Shown: piece by piece, positions 49,001-61,290 of the stretch
Layout of the letters: each line of letters opens with the position of its first letter
Position numbering within the stretch: position 1 is the first letter of the stretch
Source of the DNA: Octopus bimaculoides
Taxonomy: Eukaryota
Direction of reading: 5' to 3'
DNA: 64,000 nucleotides
Assembly: GCF_001194135.2 (NCBI RefSeq)
Contig: NC_068981.1
Span: 57,163,072 to 57,227,071 of the forward strand
Program-made: the position numbers and the translations under genes
The notes under the pieces: generated by a model
What the model was told of the DNA's origin: nothing
The model's input: only the letters and a program-made list of their open reading frames with translations
The model's database searches: none

Positions 49001-52000
49001 ACTCCCTTGCTCTCATTTCCTCTTCCATCACCTTCTGCCCTGTCTTTTTCAGTCTTCCTCTACTTCCTATCACATCTGTTTTCATCACTCCTCTCACCCA
49101 GTCACATTCATCCTTCCTCAGCATGTGACCCAGTCATCTCATCCCATTTCTTTCCACAACATACATCGCTGGCTCTATTCCCATCTTTCTCTCTTAGGGT
49201 CACTCTGTTCATCCACCATACTACCATTCTCATTTCCTTCCAGCCTTCTCTGCTATTCCATGTTTATTATCTATGTCTCATATATTCTCTCACTTCTCAC
49301 ACATGCAGCATACACCTTTTCCTTCAATTTCAGTGACATTCTCTTCCTCATTAGTATGTCATTCAGTTCCCAGAACTTCTATGTGCATCTCACTCTAGCA
49401 ATTGTCACTGAGTCTGATCCATCTCTTCTATTCATCATGTCTCCTAGGTAACAAAATGTTTTCACACCTCCCATCTTCATGTCATTTACAACATCCAACT
49501 TAACATTTCCTCCATCTGCATCTCCCTCCATACATACCATTGAGTTGAATGTAGCTTCCACATTTGTTAATAACAACTATATTTTCAAAGAACTCACCCA
49601 GTGCATATTGTGCATATGGAGTTTGTTCCAGCATTTTACCTGTGCATTGCATACAGCCACTTCTCAGTTCATTCCACCCCATCATATATTTTCTCACTTT
49701 CCATCATCTTCATCTTTTCAATTTATGCCTTCATATCTTTTGTTGCTATACATTCCTTCTACCTATTCATCTTCTCTTTCAGTCTGTCTGTGCTCTCTTG
49801 CAATTAGCACCAAATTGACTGTGTACATCAACTTCCATGATAAACTCTCTTTAATGAGTTCAGCTAGCACCTCCATCACAACTACAGATAAGGGAGCTTA
49901 ACATTTATCTCTGATGCTTTCAACCTTCACTGCAAACTCATCACTGTTCCTGTCCTTCATCTTTACAACTATGTATGTTGTCATATATTGACATCACTAT
50001 TCTAAACAACCATTTCCACCACTCTTAACTCTGTTAATATCCATGTCATCAAATGTGGAATCCAGTTGAAAGCCTTCTTTGCATTGGCAAACCCCCAAAC
50101 AACTTCTCTCTCTTTGTCCCTGCACTTCTAAAATAAAAATTATATCAGTCATTCTTCTTCCTGTCATAAATCCAAACTGCACTTCATCAATCTTCACCCT
50201 CTTCTTTATCCCCTTCTCTACCACTTTTTCCAATAGCTTCATTATTCTACACTTCAATGACTTAGTTATTCTATGAGAGTACTCAACTTCCTATCTGCTG
50301 GAATATGGTCTTCTTTCTCCATCAACCTACAGACCTGTCATTTGCTTCATATCCCAATTTTTTGCTTTAAAATATCTCCTGTGACTCCTGTCAGCCTTCC
50401 TTTTCCACTCTTAATTCTCAGTGCTTTCTTAACTTCTTTCCCGGTTATTTCCTCTGCTGGTCCTAGAATTAAATTGCTTTCTATGTAACCATCAGATCCA
50501 TTCTCCACATTGAACAACCTCACCATATATTTCTTCCATCTTCCTTTAATTCCATCAGAATCCATGACAATTTGTTCCACTTCATCTTTCGAGTAGCTCA
50601 TCCCTATTACATTACCGTCACATCTCTCTTTTACTAACTGCTTTGCAATCTTAAATGTCTCTTTCTGACTCTCCTGTGAATCTATACATTTAGAGGAGCA
50701 TCAGAGTATGGTGATGAAGATTGCAAAGTAGTTGGATATTAAACAAATTGATAATGTATATATCCTTCCTTTATTGAGCCCTCAACTCTTGATGGAGTCA
50801 TAGGAGTGTAATTGTGACATACAGTATGTTTTAGGCATTTAAGCTTGGCAGACACCATCCCTGTTCAAATTTAAACATAGTTGATATCTTCCAGACAGAA
50901 AAAAAAGGGGGGAAAAGGAGTGAGAATAACCAACTCCAGTACTGGACTGATATTTTATTTATTGACCCTGAGATAATGAAAGGCAAAGTTGAACTCAGTT
51001 TATAGAGAGCCACAAGGCATTCTATTTGATATTGAAATGACTCTAACTCGCCATCTTTAGATGAAAAACTGGTAGAGTATATTTGTATGTAACATAAACC
51101 CTTTAACAGATTTCTGAGCTACTTTCAGGGTTTGCACTAACTGTTACATTTTCCATATTGTATTGCTTTTTCTAAGTTTGTCTTGCTCTTTTCCTTGTGC
51201 GTGTGTATTCATAACTAAATACAACATTTGAATATCATGATTTAGTGTCATCACTATTAGTTACATTTTATTTTTTTAAGTTACATTGAAAAGCATTGCT
51301 ATACTTTCAAAATTTTACTTTGGTATTGGTATTCATTTCCAGATATCTGTTTCAAAGGTACTATTTGCTTTAAAGTACTCAAGTACTTTAATCTGGTGGA
51401 CAGCACCAACTTTTAATACATTAAATAGTAAGATTACCTGATTGTTCTTGTAAAATACGTCTTCCAGCATATTCTTTTGATGACATCTACCACTTGGCCA
51501 TTATATATTGGTCTCAAATTTTAGCACACAACCAGCAGTTTTGGGGGAGGGGACAAATTGATTAAATCAGCCCCAGTGCTCAACTGGTATTTATTTTATC
51601 AATTCCAAAAGGATGAAAGGCAAGGCTAGCCTTGGCAGAATTAAAACTCAGAAGGTAGAGAACTTAGCCATTTTATATTGATCTTGTTTGATAGAACACA
51701 TATACTTTTTATCAAATGCAAGAGAGTCTGCTGTTTTGTTGATCCACTGAAAGTACCTGACATAGAAGCAGTATACGATTAGTATATTGTATATATGGTC
51801 TTAAGTGAGGTTACAAAGACATTGAAACTAAAAAGAATGCTAAAAAGCACTCAATATTTAGGTAGAGCAAATGCATTGAGTTGTAATGCTTACATCACTT
51901 TTGTCACTTGGTATACATGTTGCGCAGAATAGATGTGTTTGGAGTAAAAGGCTCTCAAAGAATTCATCTGTTTCAATGGTCATGTATATGTATACACACA

Positions 52001-52171
52001 CACAACACATATGTAGTGGTTAACACAGGTATATAGTAAACAGCAGATGTGGTGTTCAAATTACACAGCTATTTTCTCTTCTATATTAGATATATGCTCG
52101 TGTATAAATACATTATATATACACATACATGGCCATATGGATGGATAGATAGATAGATATTTATGATGATT

Positions 52172-52213
<42 letters not shown>

Positions 52214-55200
52214 TAATAAAAGAGCTGGAATAAGTGAATGGGGCCAATGGCTACATTTTATAAGTACAAATAATTGTTTTTTGAAACTTTTCAATTATGT
52301 GTATATTTCACCTTTGTTGTTATTATTTTTGTTTTTATAACTGCTTATATCAAGGTTGTTGCATTACGTCTGGCCTGTTGTACATTAATACTGGAATATA
52401 TTCAGATAACATTGGTTTCTGTAAACTAGCTAAAAACTTGACTTATTTATTTGCACATTGAGTTTTGCAGCTATCATCTTCACTTGTTCTTGCCAATAAA
52501 ACAGCATGATTATCTCCCCAGTGAGTATGAATGCCTGCTGTCTTATACAGAACTATACCATTAGTTCTTTGCCAAATATATTGCAGAACTATTCTGCTGT
52601 TTCAACTTCATATTCTATTTTTCATTTTTTATAGTTCTTACAATATCATAAAGTTGGATATAATAAATTTAATTCATTTAACTGTTGCATTTCTTTTTTC
52701 CACCTTTGTTATTAATTTTTTTCTTTTATATTTTCTTATTTTAACTGGGGATTTGTATTTCCTGCAAATCTAAAATCCCTCGAGGTGTAAACTTCTTAAA
52801 AAATATATTGCTTCAATTCAGAACACACACATACATATATGAAATGTTTAATTTTCTTTGGTATAGAAGAAAGCATATTTTCTATATAATTTCATTAGTT
52901 TATGAATCATTTTCAGTTTCTTTTCCTCTTTTATACATCGTTTTTCCTTTACTTAAAACAAATGGCTGCTTTTAACATACTTGCTACTTTTGAAATTATT
53001 TTGCTCTTTATAACTACCTAAAAATAAATGTCATTGTGTTTTTAAAATTTCATCAATATTAATAATAATCGTTATCACGATGATGGTCAATAACGGTTAT
53101 ACCAAGCACAAAGTACTGCTTCATCAGTGGGATACAAACCTATGACCCAACAACCAGTAATCTGACATCTTTCTGCTCAGATGTTTCACTTTATGTTATT
53201 GATTTTTCACATATTTGCATGAGAAAAGAAAACCAGCTGGGATTCCCTTCATAACAGCGAGTAGACCTAGGAAGAACCTAATACTGAATCTCATCATCAT
53301 CATAATTCAACATTGGTACACAGTTATTTGTTATATTTGACTGAGAGCTGAGTCTCATCAGTTCAGACTGTCAAAAATAGTAGGAAGGCACAGTTGTAGT
53401 CATTGACATGTGATAAAGTTTTGTTGCTGCTGTTGTTGTTTAACCCTGGTTTAGTCCTAATTCTGTAGAACTATGATCAAAAGCATCAAAGAGGTGACAA
53501 AGTCTTTTTGTATATCAAGGACTACATTGTCTAATGTGTTCTTCCTTCCCAAACATGATAGGAAGAGTGTAAACTGAGAGAGAGAGAGAAAAACAAAGAG
53601 AGACAGACAAACAGACCTGGCAAATGCTGTAACAAACAAACGATATTTGTTGGCATGTTGCAGTGTTTAGTTTAAGAATGCATCTCAATATGGTTGGTAA
53701 GCTCCATCCAAGATTATAGACCAAAATGTGATTTAATGGTTAGGCGATGTGTCAATCATGGCCTGGATCTCACCGACAAATTCAAGAGTTCTTTTCTTAT
53801 CAGAACAATCAGAGTAAGTTTTCCGAGCTGTTGTACCTTTGTAATCACCATTAAACTCATCCAACTCTTTCTGAATCCTCTGAACTGTCCTCAGATCGAC
53901 ACCCAAACACTCTGAAATGTTCGTATTGGAGCTTCCGATGCAAATGCCAAGCAGCATAGCATGTTGTTTCCAAATTTCCGACTGAGTGAATTGCGTCATG
54001 GTGCTGCTTTTCTCACAAACAGTACCGAACTGACCCTACTATACTGTGTAGTTGATAAAATCAAAAACAAACAATGCACATGCACAAAATCAAAAATATA
54101 AAATGGCAACAATTTACCCATCACACCCTGTATATGTGTGTATTTGTATTTGTCCCACCCCACCATCACTTAGTGATTGGTATTAGTTTGTCTCCATCCT
54201 CATAACTTTGTGATTTGACAAAAGAGACCAGTAGAGTAAGTGTAGTACTAGCGCCAGTTTGTTCAACTGAACCTTTCAAAGACAGTATCCTCATATGCTG
54301 TAGCCCATTGACTGAAACTAGTGAAATATAAAAGGTAAGATAATAGAACATTAGGTTTAGTGCTTCATTTTAATCAGGGTTGGTTTCCCTCTGATCCCCT
54401 TACAAGGTCAATAGAATAATTACCAATAAAGGTTGTTTCAAATTAATATTGTGCCTACAAAAGAAATCATTGGCAGTTTCTAGAACAACTAATGGCATTG
54501 AGTAGAGTGGTTTATTTTTGCTTTGATGATGATTATTTTAGTTTTTAGTCTCTCACATGCTACCCTTTAACCCTTTTGTTACCGTATTTATTTTGAGATG
54601 CTCTGTCTGTCTTTCAATTAATTTTAAATATAACAAAGAATTTATTAAAATAACTTAGTTATCATTAAGCTAGTGTTAGGAACATAAACTGTGACTAAAG
54701 TTTGGTGGAAGATTTTAATTCAAAACTCATGGAAACAAAACATTTGTACTACAGAGGCGACTGCGGATGCAGATCTTGGTGGTAGTAGCAAGATTGGTAT
54801 CGAAAGGGTTAAGGAGCTGTGGCCATCCTTACTTAAACTTAGAATAAATCTTGAAAAAAATATTTTTAAAAAAACTATCAAAATTTATTCAAATAAATGC
54901 AAAAGATACTGAATCTAAATTGCATAAATAAACATTATTCTAGTAAAATTACTGTTTCATGTTGAAAATTTTATAGAGAGAGACTGAAAATTACAGTTTA
55001 TAATCTAAGTGTAAACAATGTCAAAATATAAATACATATATATATATTTAAAATAATTCCAATTCTTTGCATCAGATAAATGATCTGATGATAAATGTCT
55101 CCACATGCCACATGGGGGTTATAAAAACAGTGCTTAGCTGCAAGTTTTGTAACATTATGCAGATGGGAGATGAATTTGGATATGATGCCAGTCTATTGCA

Positions 55201-57438
55201 GATATCCTTTTCTGATGTTCTAGTGGTATCTATTGCCAACAGCTAAGTGAACTGAGTTACATAGCTGCATGGATGTTTTACCCAGAGACATTACAAATTG
55301 CCTGCAGCAAATAATCTAATATCTTATCCTCACAATCATTTTGTACCAACCTTAACACAAGAATGATGAAGCTGTATTCTGTGCTTTTTTCCCTTTTCTC
55401 CCCTCCCAATCCATTTATGTTTCTTACAGTTTGTCGAAATTTTCTTTTATCTTCTTATTTTTCTTTAAATATTCAGTTATTTAAGTATCAAGATTATTGA
55501 CCGAAGAGGTTTACCTGTACTTCCTATCTCACCAGCAGCCATGTTAATACTTATTTATTGGTATTCAACTTTGTGGTGTTAGTTGTGACAGTGTTACTGA
55601 GTGGAATAGTGTAAATGGTAGTAGTAGTAGTAGTAGTTGTAGCAGCGGCAGTAGTAGTAGATATTGTAAACTTCCTTATGCTAACCATCAAATTAAATTA
55701 ATATGGATGGCTGACAACTTTTCATTCAAAGTAAAATGAGTTCAAATATTAACAAATGGTGGTCCAGTGAAATACATTTATCTAATTTCTGAAATTTGTC
55801 AGTTTAATTATTTGCTTAATCAAAGAAGTGAGGAAAGTAGGGGGAGGACGATCATTGTCTGTATTTTTCATTTACAACATAATTTTATATTTAATGTTAC
55901 TGACAGGAGTTGTGAAACTGCTAACTGAAGGGTTATTATTTCATATCTCACGAATGGAAAACATTTTTCACACAGGCATGTTTTTTACACTAAAATTTCA
56001 ACTTTATAGAGTTCTCTTTAGTGATTCCACACTGCAATTTTAATTAGTGTATCTTTAAATCAAAGTTTCCAAGTGCAGCCTGTCTTATTCTGATGTAGGG
56101 ATTAGGATAAAACTACTTAACTAAAAAGTAATCCAGTAACTGCCTTTGTGTGCTTCCTGACACCTTTTCTAATGAATATTTTTCTAATATTTTCAAATTT
56201 GTTCTGGATAGGCTTGATACTCATGAGATATACAGAATGCATTCTGGGTCAAATGCCTTCTTGAGATATTTCCCAGTGATACACTTTCTTAAGATATTAC
56301 ATAGATTTATTTTAGAAAGATATTTGTTAACCATCTTTTTAAAGCTTTCTCAATTTTATTTCATCATTTAACATCAAAACTCTGAAGAACATAGCAGTTG
56401 CGTAAAAATTTCATGTTTGCATTTGTTATTACTAGATGTCTTAATTCGGTTAATAATTCAGAAAAATAACATTTTAGATAAACAAATTGTTATTTCATAT
56501 TTAATGTCTACAACGACTCTACAATGGTGCAACTGTTATTTTATTTTTAATGGCTACAACAACTCTGCAGTGGTTCATTTTAATCCTTCTACAACCTTTA
56601 ACCTACCTTTTCACTTATTTATTAGGTTATTGTATGACTTCAAACAATATAACATTTTATCTGCTCAGAGACCTAAATAAATTGTCTGCTGCAGCAATTA
56701 CAAAATGACCATTGCTTTTCCATCTCTTTTTGGCCCTGAAGCAAAAGAACAGAAAAGCTTGATGTTGTTGTTGTTGTTTTCCGTTTTGTTTTCTGGGAAT
56801 ATTATTTAATTTTTACTCAATCAAATGATGTATTGATTATGGGTCTCTATTGATATGATGACTGCCAGTAAATATAACTTGACGTTGAGGGATTCATGCA
56901 ACTTAGCATAGATATACATACAGGCAATGTAACATTGAGAGATATGTATAGCTTAATACAAAAATATACAAATCTGGGTATTGGAAATGTATGACTGTCC
57001 ATAGAAATAGATTTTAGAGTTTATTTCTTTATGATTTTCAGATGAGCTTTGTTGGTTTGACATGAAGCAAGTTTCGTTTTCCTCTTAATTTTTCTGAATT
57101 ATTGTTTTTCTAAATTAGAATTATTCACCCCATGGAATAAGAGCAGCTAATGATTTTATTGGAAGAGAGAGTAAGAAAAGAAAATTAATATACAGAAAAG
57201 AAATTGAAGGGTAAAAATTATTGAAAAACAAATACTATTCTTAAAAGTAAAGTTGTTTTTTTTTGGTCTTTTTGTTGCTTGTTTTTAAGTAGATTGATGC
57301 TAACACTATTAGTCATTTCAAATTTACTCATTTCTGATAGAGTTTGTGAATCTTCCTGACCTTGTTTCTATAAACATTGAACAATACACATTTTAAACTA
57401 CAACAAATGCAAGTATTCCTACCTACTACTACTACTAT

Positions 57439-57476
<38 letters not shown>

Positions 57477-59858
57477 TCCAATACTTGAAACTTGATATAG
57501 ATTTGTTTTCGCCTACCACAATGTTTCAGATTTTTTAAAGAGGGTAAAATAAAATGCTATATAATGGTCATGCCTTTTCATAACACAAATGAAATGAAAT
57601 GGCTTCAACTTTGAAATGAAACTAGGATTTTGGACTCAGCTCACCATGTACTTACTTTTCACTATGGGAATCCTTGCAGCTTGATAAGAACTGTACTGAT
57701 ATCACCCTACTCTCCTACTGTTTGCACTAATGTCACCCGACCTTCCTAGCCTGCTTGTCTAGAAGGCTCTCTGCAGGTTATATTTATAGTCCTTTCTCTC
57801 TTGATCAACAAATTAAAAAAAGATGAATCTTTTTTTTTTTTTTTTTTTTTCTTAGATCTAACAACAGAAGTGTTACTATAGAATACTACATGCAAGGTTA
57901 TCAATTTTGTTTAAACTATATAGTTCAATGAGGATAAGTACATTTATTGGATTATTTTACTTCATAGTTTACTTGCAGATTTTTGTTTTTCTTTCACTAC
58001 TTCTATTCTTCTCTCTAAATGTTTTGCAGAACATCCAGCCTAAACATTATGTGCTGTCAGGTTCTGAAGCATTGTGTGCTTTTCCAGGGATGGGTAAGAG
58101 GAGTACTTGACTAAGAACAAGCAATTCTACTTGCATCTGTTGATATGGAAAACTATTTTGACAGATTCTCACACTCAATTGTTAGATGGGTGCTGAGAAA
58201 ATCAAATTTAGATAAATAGTTTGTGAGGTGTAGAAGAATGACTTACAAGCTATACATGGAGGATTTGCTGTTAGTATGTCTGAAAGGGGTAAGCAGGGTC
58301 TCAGTACTGTAAGGTTAGAAATTGACAGTAAATACAGCGAACAATGTAGTGTGGAGATAACTGCTCTCATCAGGGCTCTATCCTCACACTACTGCTATTG
58401 ATTATAATAATAATGATTTCAAATTTTGGCACAAGGCCAGCAATTTTGTGGAGGAGTTAAGTCCATTAAATCAACCCTGAAAGGATGAAAGGCAAAGTTG
58501 ACCTAAGCAAAATTTGAACTGAGAACATAAAGACGGATGAAATGCTGCTAAGCATTTTGCTTGGTATACTGATTCAGCCAGCTCACTGACTTAATTAATT
58601 ACAGTAATAATGGAGGAGTTCAAGGCTTGATATTCTTAAGGCATTTATCTATTGGCAACCTGGTTCTCTTTGCAGGGTTTATCATGGAACTTTCCTCAAA
58701 AGTTTCAAACCTGGGCAGACTAGAGTTTAAAGGTCTGAAGTTCAATATGGTAGCAATTTAGTGTTAGTTAGTATCAAAGAACTCAAGATCCCAGTGCCAT
58801 TTGGGGAGTTGCTTTTGTTAGTATGTCTGAAAGGGGTAAGCAGGGTCTCAGTACTGTATATTCAGTACATGAAATGGGTTTACAAAATATCCAGTGGTAT
58901 CTCTGGCATATGTGACACTTCACATAAGTAAAATGTTTAGCAAGGATGAACAGTAGAGACACTTATGAAATGATGTCTAAACATGTTGACAATTTCTGTT
59001 ATTTAGTGTATCTAATTAGTGTTGGAGGTGGCTGTGTTGAGAACGTATTAGCAAAATAATAAAAAAGGTTGACTAGGTGGTAGTGAATCTGAAAATTAAT
59101 GTGGAAGATCTGTGAGTACTGGGGAGAAGATTGTCAGGTATTATCTGTTAGTTGTGTAACAATACATGAAAGATGGAATATAAGTCAACTGACAGAGTGG
59201 CTAGATATTAAAAATATTGACAAGGTCAGTGTTTCCAAAATGGTGTGCTGCCAAATGTTAAATATACCATGAAAATAAGAAAATTATATTTAAGAAATAC
59301 AAAAAATCATCAGTATTGTTTTTATGTCTTCTTTTTCCATGGACAAAAGCTTACTGTTATAATATTTTCTGGTTGGATGCCTTTCCTGTCACCAAACCCA
59401 ACCTGTTTTTCTAGTGGGAAAAATTGTATTCTAGTGATCTTCATAAGTTTAAAGCAGCAATGTTACAGAACATTGTTTACAGGACATGCAAACATAACAC
59501 CACCATATTTGACGCAGTGTCAGACAAACAGAAAAAAAATTTCATATAAACACACCATATACACACATGTACATGCATACATTCAATGGACTACCATAAA
59601 GCTTACATCTACATGTTCCAGTCATACAGCATTACTTTGCTCAAGACTATAGTAGAAGACACTCAAATAATCTGAAGATGCTACAGAATGAAAGTACATT
59701 GGATTAAAATGCTGAGTTATTACTTGCTGATATGGTTAACCAGTATAGATTAATAGGTTGAGGAAGGAAGCTTACAATATAATTCTGTAGCAATTAATTA
59801 CAGTATAATTCAGTGGAATCTGAACTATAACGACAAATACTGCTGGAACCCTTGGGTA
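46002..59858 (+). CDS. Candidate multi-exon plus-strand gene, product unidentified
   Basis: Best exons: 46875-46936 (TACTAAC branch point 46824-46830; xDILKEFRYKLNQTVEYKWEV), 47171-47236 (ttttag / cag|gttagc), and the phase-consistent chain 57042-57070 + 58030-58093 + 59791-59858 = xELCWFDMKQ|NIQPKHYVLSGSEALCAFPGM|AINYSIIQWNLNYNDKYCWNPWV. Weaker: 46002-46019, 46452-46480, 52471-52520, 55477-55560. Confidence 0.55.
47171..47236 (+). CDS. 66-nt exon, frame ambiguous (NPYGEEIDDEETQNSELLGSS or ETLMERKLMMRKHRTLNCLEVQ)
   Basis: Acceptor ttttctgcttctgcttttag, donor cag|gttagc, length divisible by 3, purine-rich relative to flanks. Confidence 0.65.
48950..50690 (-). mobile_element. 5'-truncated, decayed RTE LINE (RT domain)
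   Basis: Minus fragments DGIKGRWKKYMVRLFNVEN, MKLLEKVVEKGIKKRVKIDEVQFGFMTGRRMTDIIFIL, SWKLMYTVNLVLIA (YADD decayed) and KTFCYLGDMM...VTIARVR; multiple frameshifts. Confidence 0.95.
50930..51660 (-). mobile_element. Two SINE family B copies (50930-51060, 51510-51660)
   Basis: ccagtactggactgatattttatttattgaccc...gaaaggcaaagttgaac; ccccagtgctcaactggtatttattttatc...aaaggatgaaaggcaagg. Confidence 0.8.
53733..54130 (-). mobile_element. Tc1/mariner-superfamily transposon, 5' end only
   Basis: TA (54131-54132) followed by TIR cagggtgtgatgggtaaattg; ORF 53999-53733 (..NISECLGVDLRTVQRIQKELDE..) is an HTH-type transposase N-terminus; no catalytic domain. Confidence 0.85.
54140..54330 (+). mobile_element. 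SINE body D
   Basis: tgtatttgtcccaccccaccatc...gacaaaagagacc...ttgactgaaactagtgaaa. Confidence 0.7.
54571..54808. mobile_element. 238-bp piggyBac-type MITE
   Basis: TTAA at 54567-54570 and 54809-54812; TIRs ccctttt gttacc / ggtatc gaaaggg. Confidence 0.9.
58030..58093 (+). CDS. 64-nt exon NIQPKHYVLSGSEALCAFPGM
   Basis: Long pyrimidine tract ending gttttgcag, donor g|gtaaga, open frame, raised GC. Confidence 0.7.
58095..59250 (+). mobile_element. Heavily decayed RTE LINE RT fragment interrupted by a SINE B (58415-58590, minus)
   Basis: ASVDMENYFDRFSHSIVRWVLRKSNLDK*FVR, HQGSILTLLL, LSIGNLVLFA, CLKGVSRVSVL..MKWVYKISSGISG and DNFCYL motifs in RTE order. Confidence 0.85.
59360..59690 (-). mobile_element. 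SINE A + body C', decayed
   Basis: ggttggatgcctttcctgtcaccaaaccc...; head remnant actatagtagaagacact. Confidence 0.6.
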
Positions 59859-60245
59859 GTGAGATACACATAAAAAAAAAGCCTATTGAAATAATTAGTA
59901 GTGCTTGCTAATGTAGAGAAGATTTTTGGAGGTGGAAATTGTTAAATCAACCGCTGAAGTAGGAAACATGAAATTGATTTTTGTAGGATACATCTTATAT
60001 TGGCACAAGGCTACAAATGTTGAGAAACAAACAATGTCAACGGAATCAACATACATGTATGTATGCTTGTGTGCATGTATGCATGTATAACTAATACTCA
60101 CAAAACAGAAGACAAAACAATATATTGCAAGTTTGGTGTTGCACTGTTTCTACCATTCTACTTTCCACCTAATAATAATAATTGTTTCATATGTGTATTT
60201 CGTGTGCAAGATTCTTGATGTGGATACGTGTGTTGAAAGAAATAC

Positions 60246-60389
60246 TATTAAACCTTGGGAGAGGCATTATGCCGGTAATAAACACACGCACTGATTTAAC
60301 AAAAAACTATATACTGTTTATAAATTAATAAAGGACTGAACCAGTGCATGTGTTTATTACCGGCATAATGCCTCTCCCAAGGTTTAATA
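60246..60389. mobile_element. 144-bp MITE-like hairpin with 48-bp TIRs (47/48 complementary)
   Basis: tattaaaccttgggagaggcattatgccggtaataaacacacgcactg (60246-60293) and its reverse complement (60342-60389), 48-nt spacer. Confidence 0.95.
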
Positions 60390-60639
60390 ATAATAATTGT
60401 AATTTCTCTTATTTGCCACAAGGACGGTGTATGAGGCAGCATTCAAAAATAAATTTAAGTAGGAACTCTCACTGAACATCATTATAATAATAAAGGGAAT
60501 AATAACTATTATACTGTTTCTAATTTAGGCATACAGCTAGGAATTTTGTTTTTAATTTCAGCACAACAGCCAGATCAAATACTACAAGACATTTTTTTCC
60601 AACACTCTAATGATTGTGACAATTCAGTGCCTTGAATGT

Positions 60640-61008
60640 TTCTAATTTAGGCACAAGGCTAGTAATTTTGAGGTGGAAGAAGTGTTGTAGCTAATGTCAA
60701 TCCTTCTATTTAAATGGTGCTTTATTTTATTGACCTCATAGACTTTCATGAGCTTTGAAGTGAGGATATAAAGAGCCCTACCAATAATAATAACAATCCT
60801 TTCTGGTATAGGCACAAGGCCTGAAATTTAGGGGAGAGGACTAGGTGATTACATTGACCCCAGCACTTGACTAGTACTTATTTCATCAACCCCAAAAGGA
60901 TGAAAAACAAAGTTGACCTTGGTGGAATTTGAACTCAGAACGTAACGACAGATGAAATAATGCTTAGTATTTCTCCTGACATGCTAACAATTCTGCCAGC
61001 TCACCAAA

Positions 61009-61039
<31 letters not shown>

Positions 61040-61290
61040 GTAATAATAATAATAAAAAATTTTTAAAAAATAATAATATCAATTGCTTTTATTTTAAACA
61101 CAAGGTCAGCAGATTCAAGGGAAGGAGTTAGTCAATACTATTGACCCCAGTACTTGACTGTTACTTTATTTCATTGATCATGGAGGGATGAAAGGCAAAA
61201 TTGACCTTGGTTGGATTTGAAATCAGAATGTAAAAAGCCAGAACAAAATGTTTTAGTTGTTGTTTTAATAATTTTGCCAATCCACCAATA
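60640..61290 (-). mobile_element. Array of SINE family B copies separated by (AAT)n
   Basis: Copies at ~60640-60740 (partial), 60790-61005 (best preserved) and 61085-61290. Confidence 0.85.

Noticed and set aside
51428-51502. Minus frame PIYNGQVVDVIKRICWKTYFTRTI with donor cag|gtaatc
   Set aside because: Its 5' end is the tail of a SINE B copy and the acceptor (GAG) is poor.
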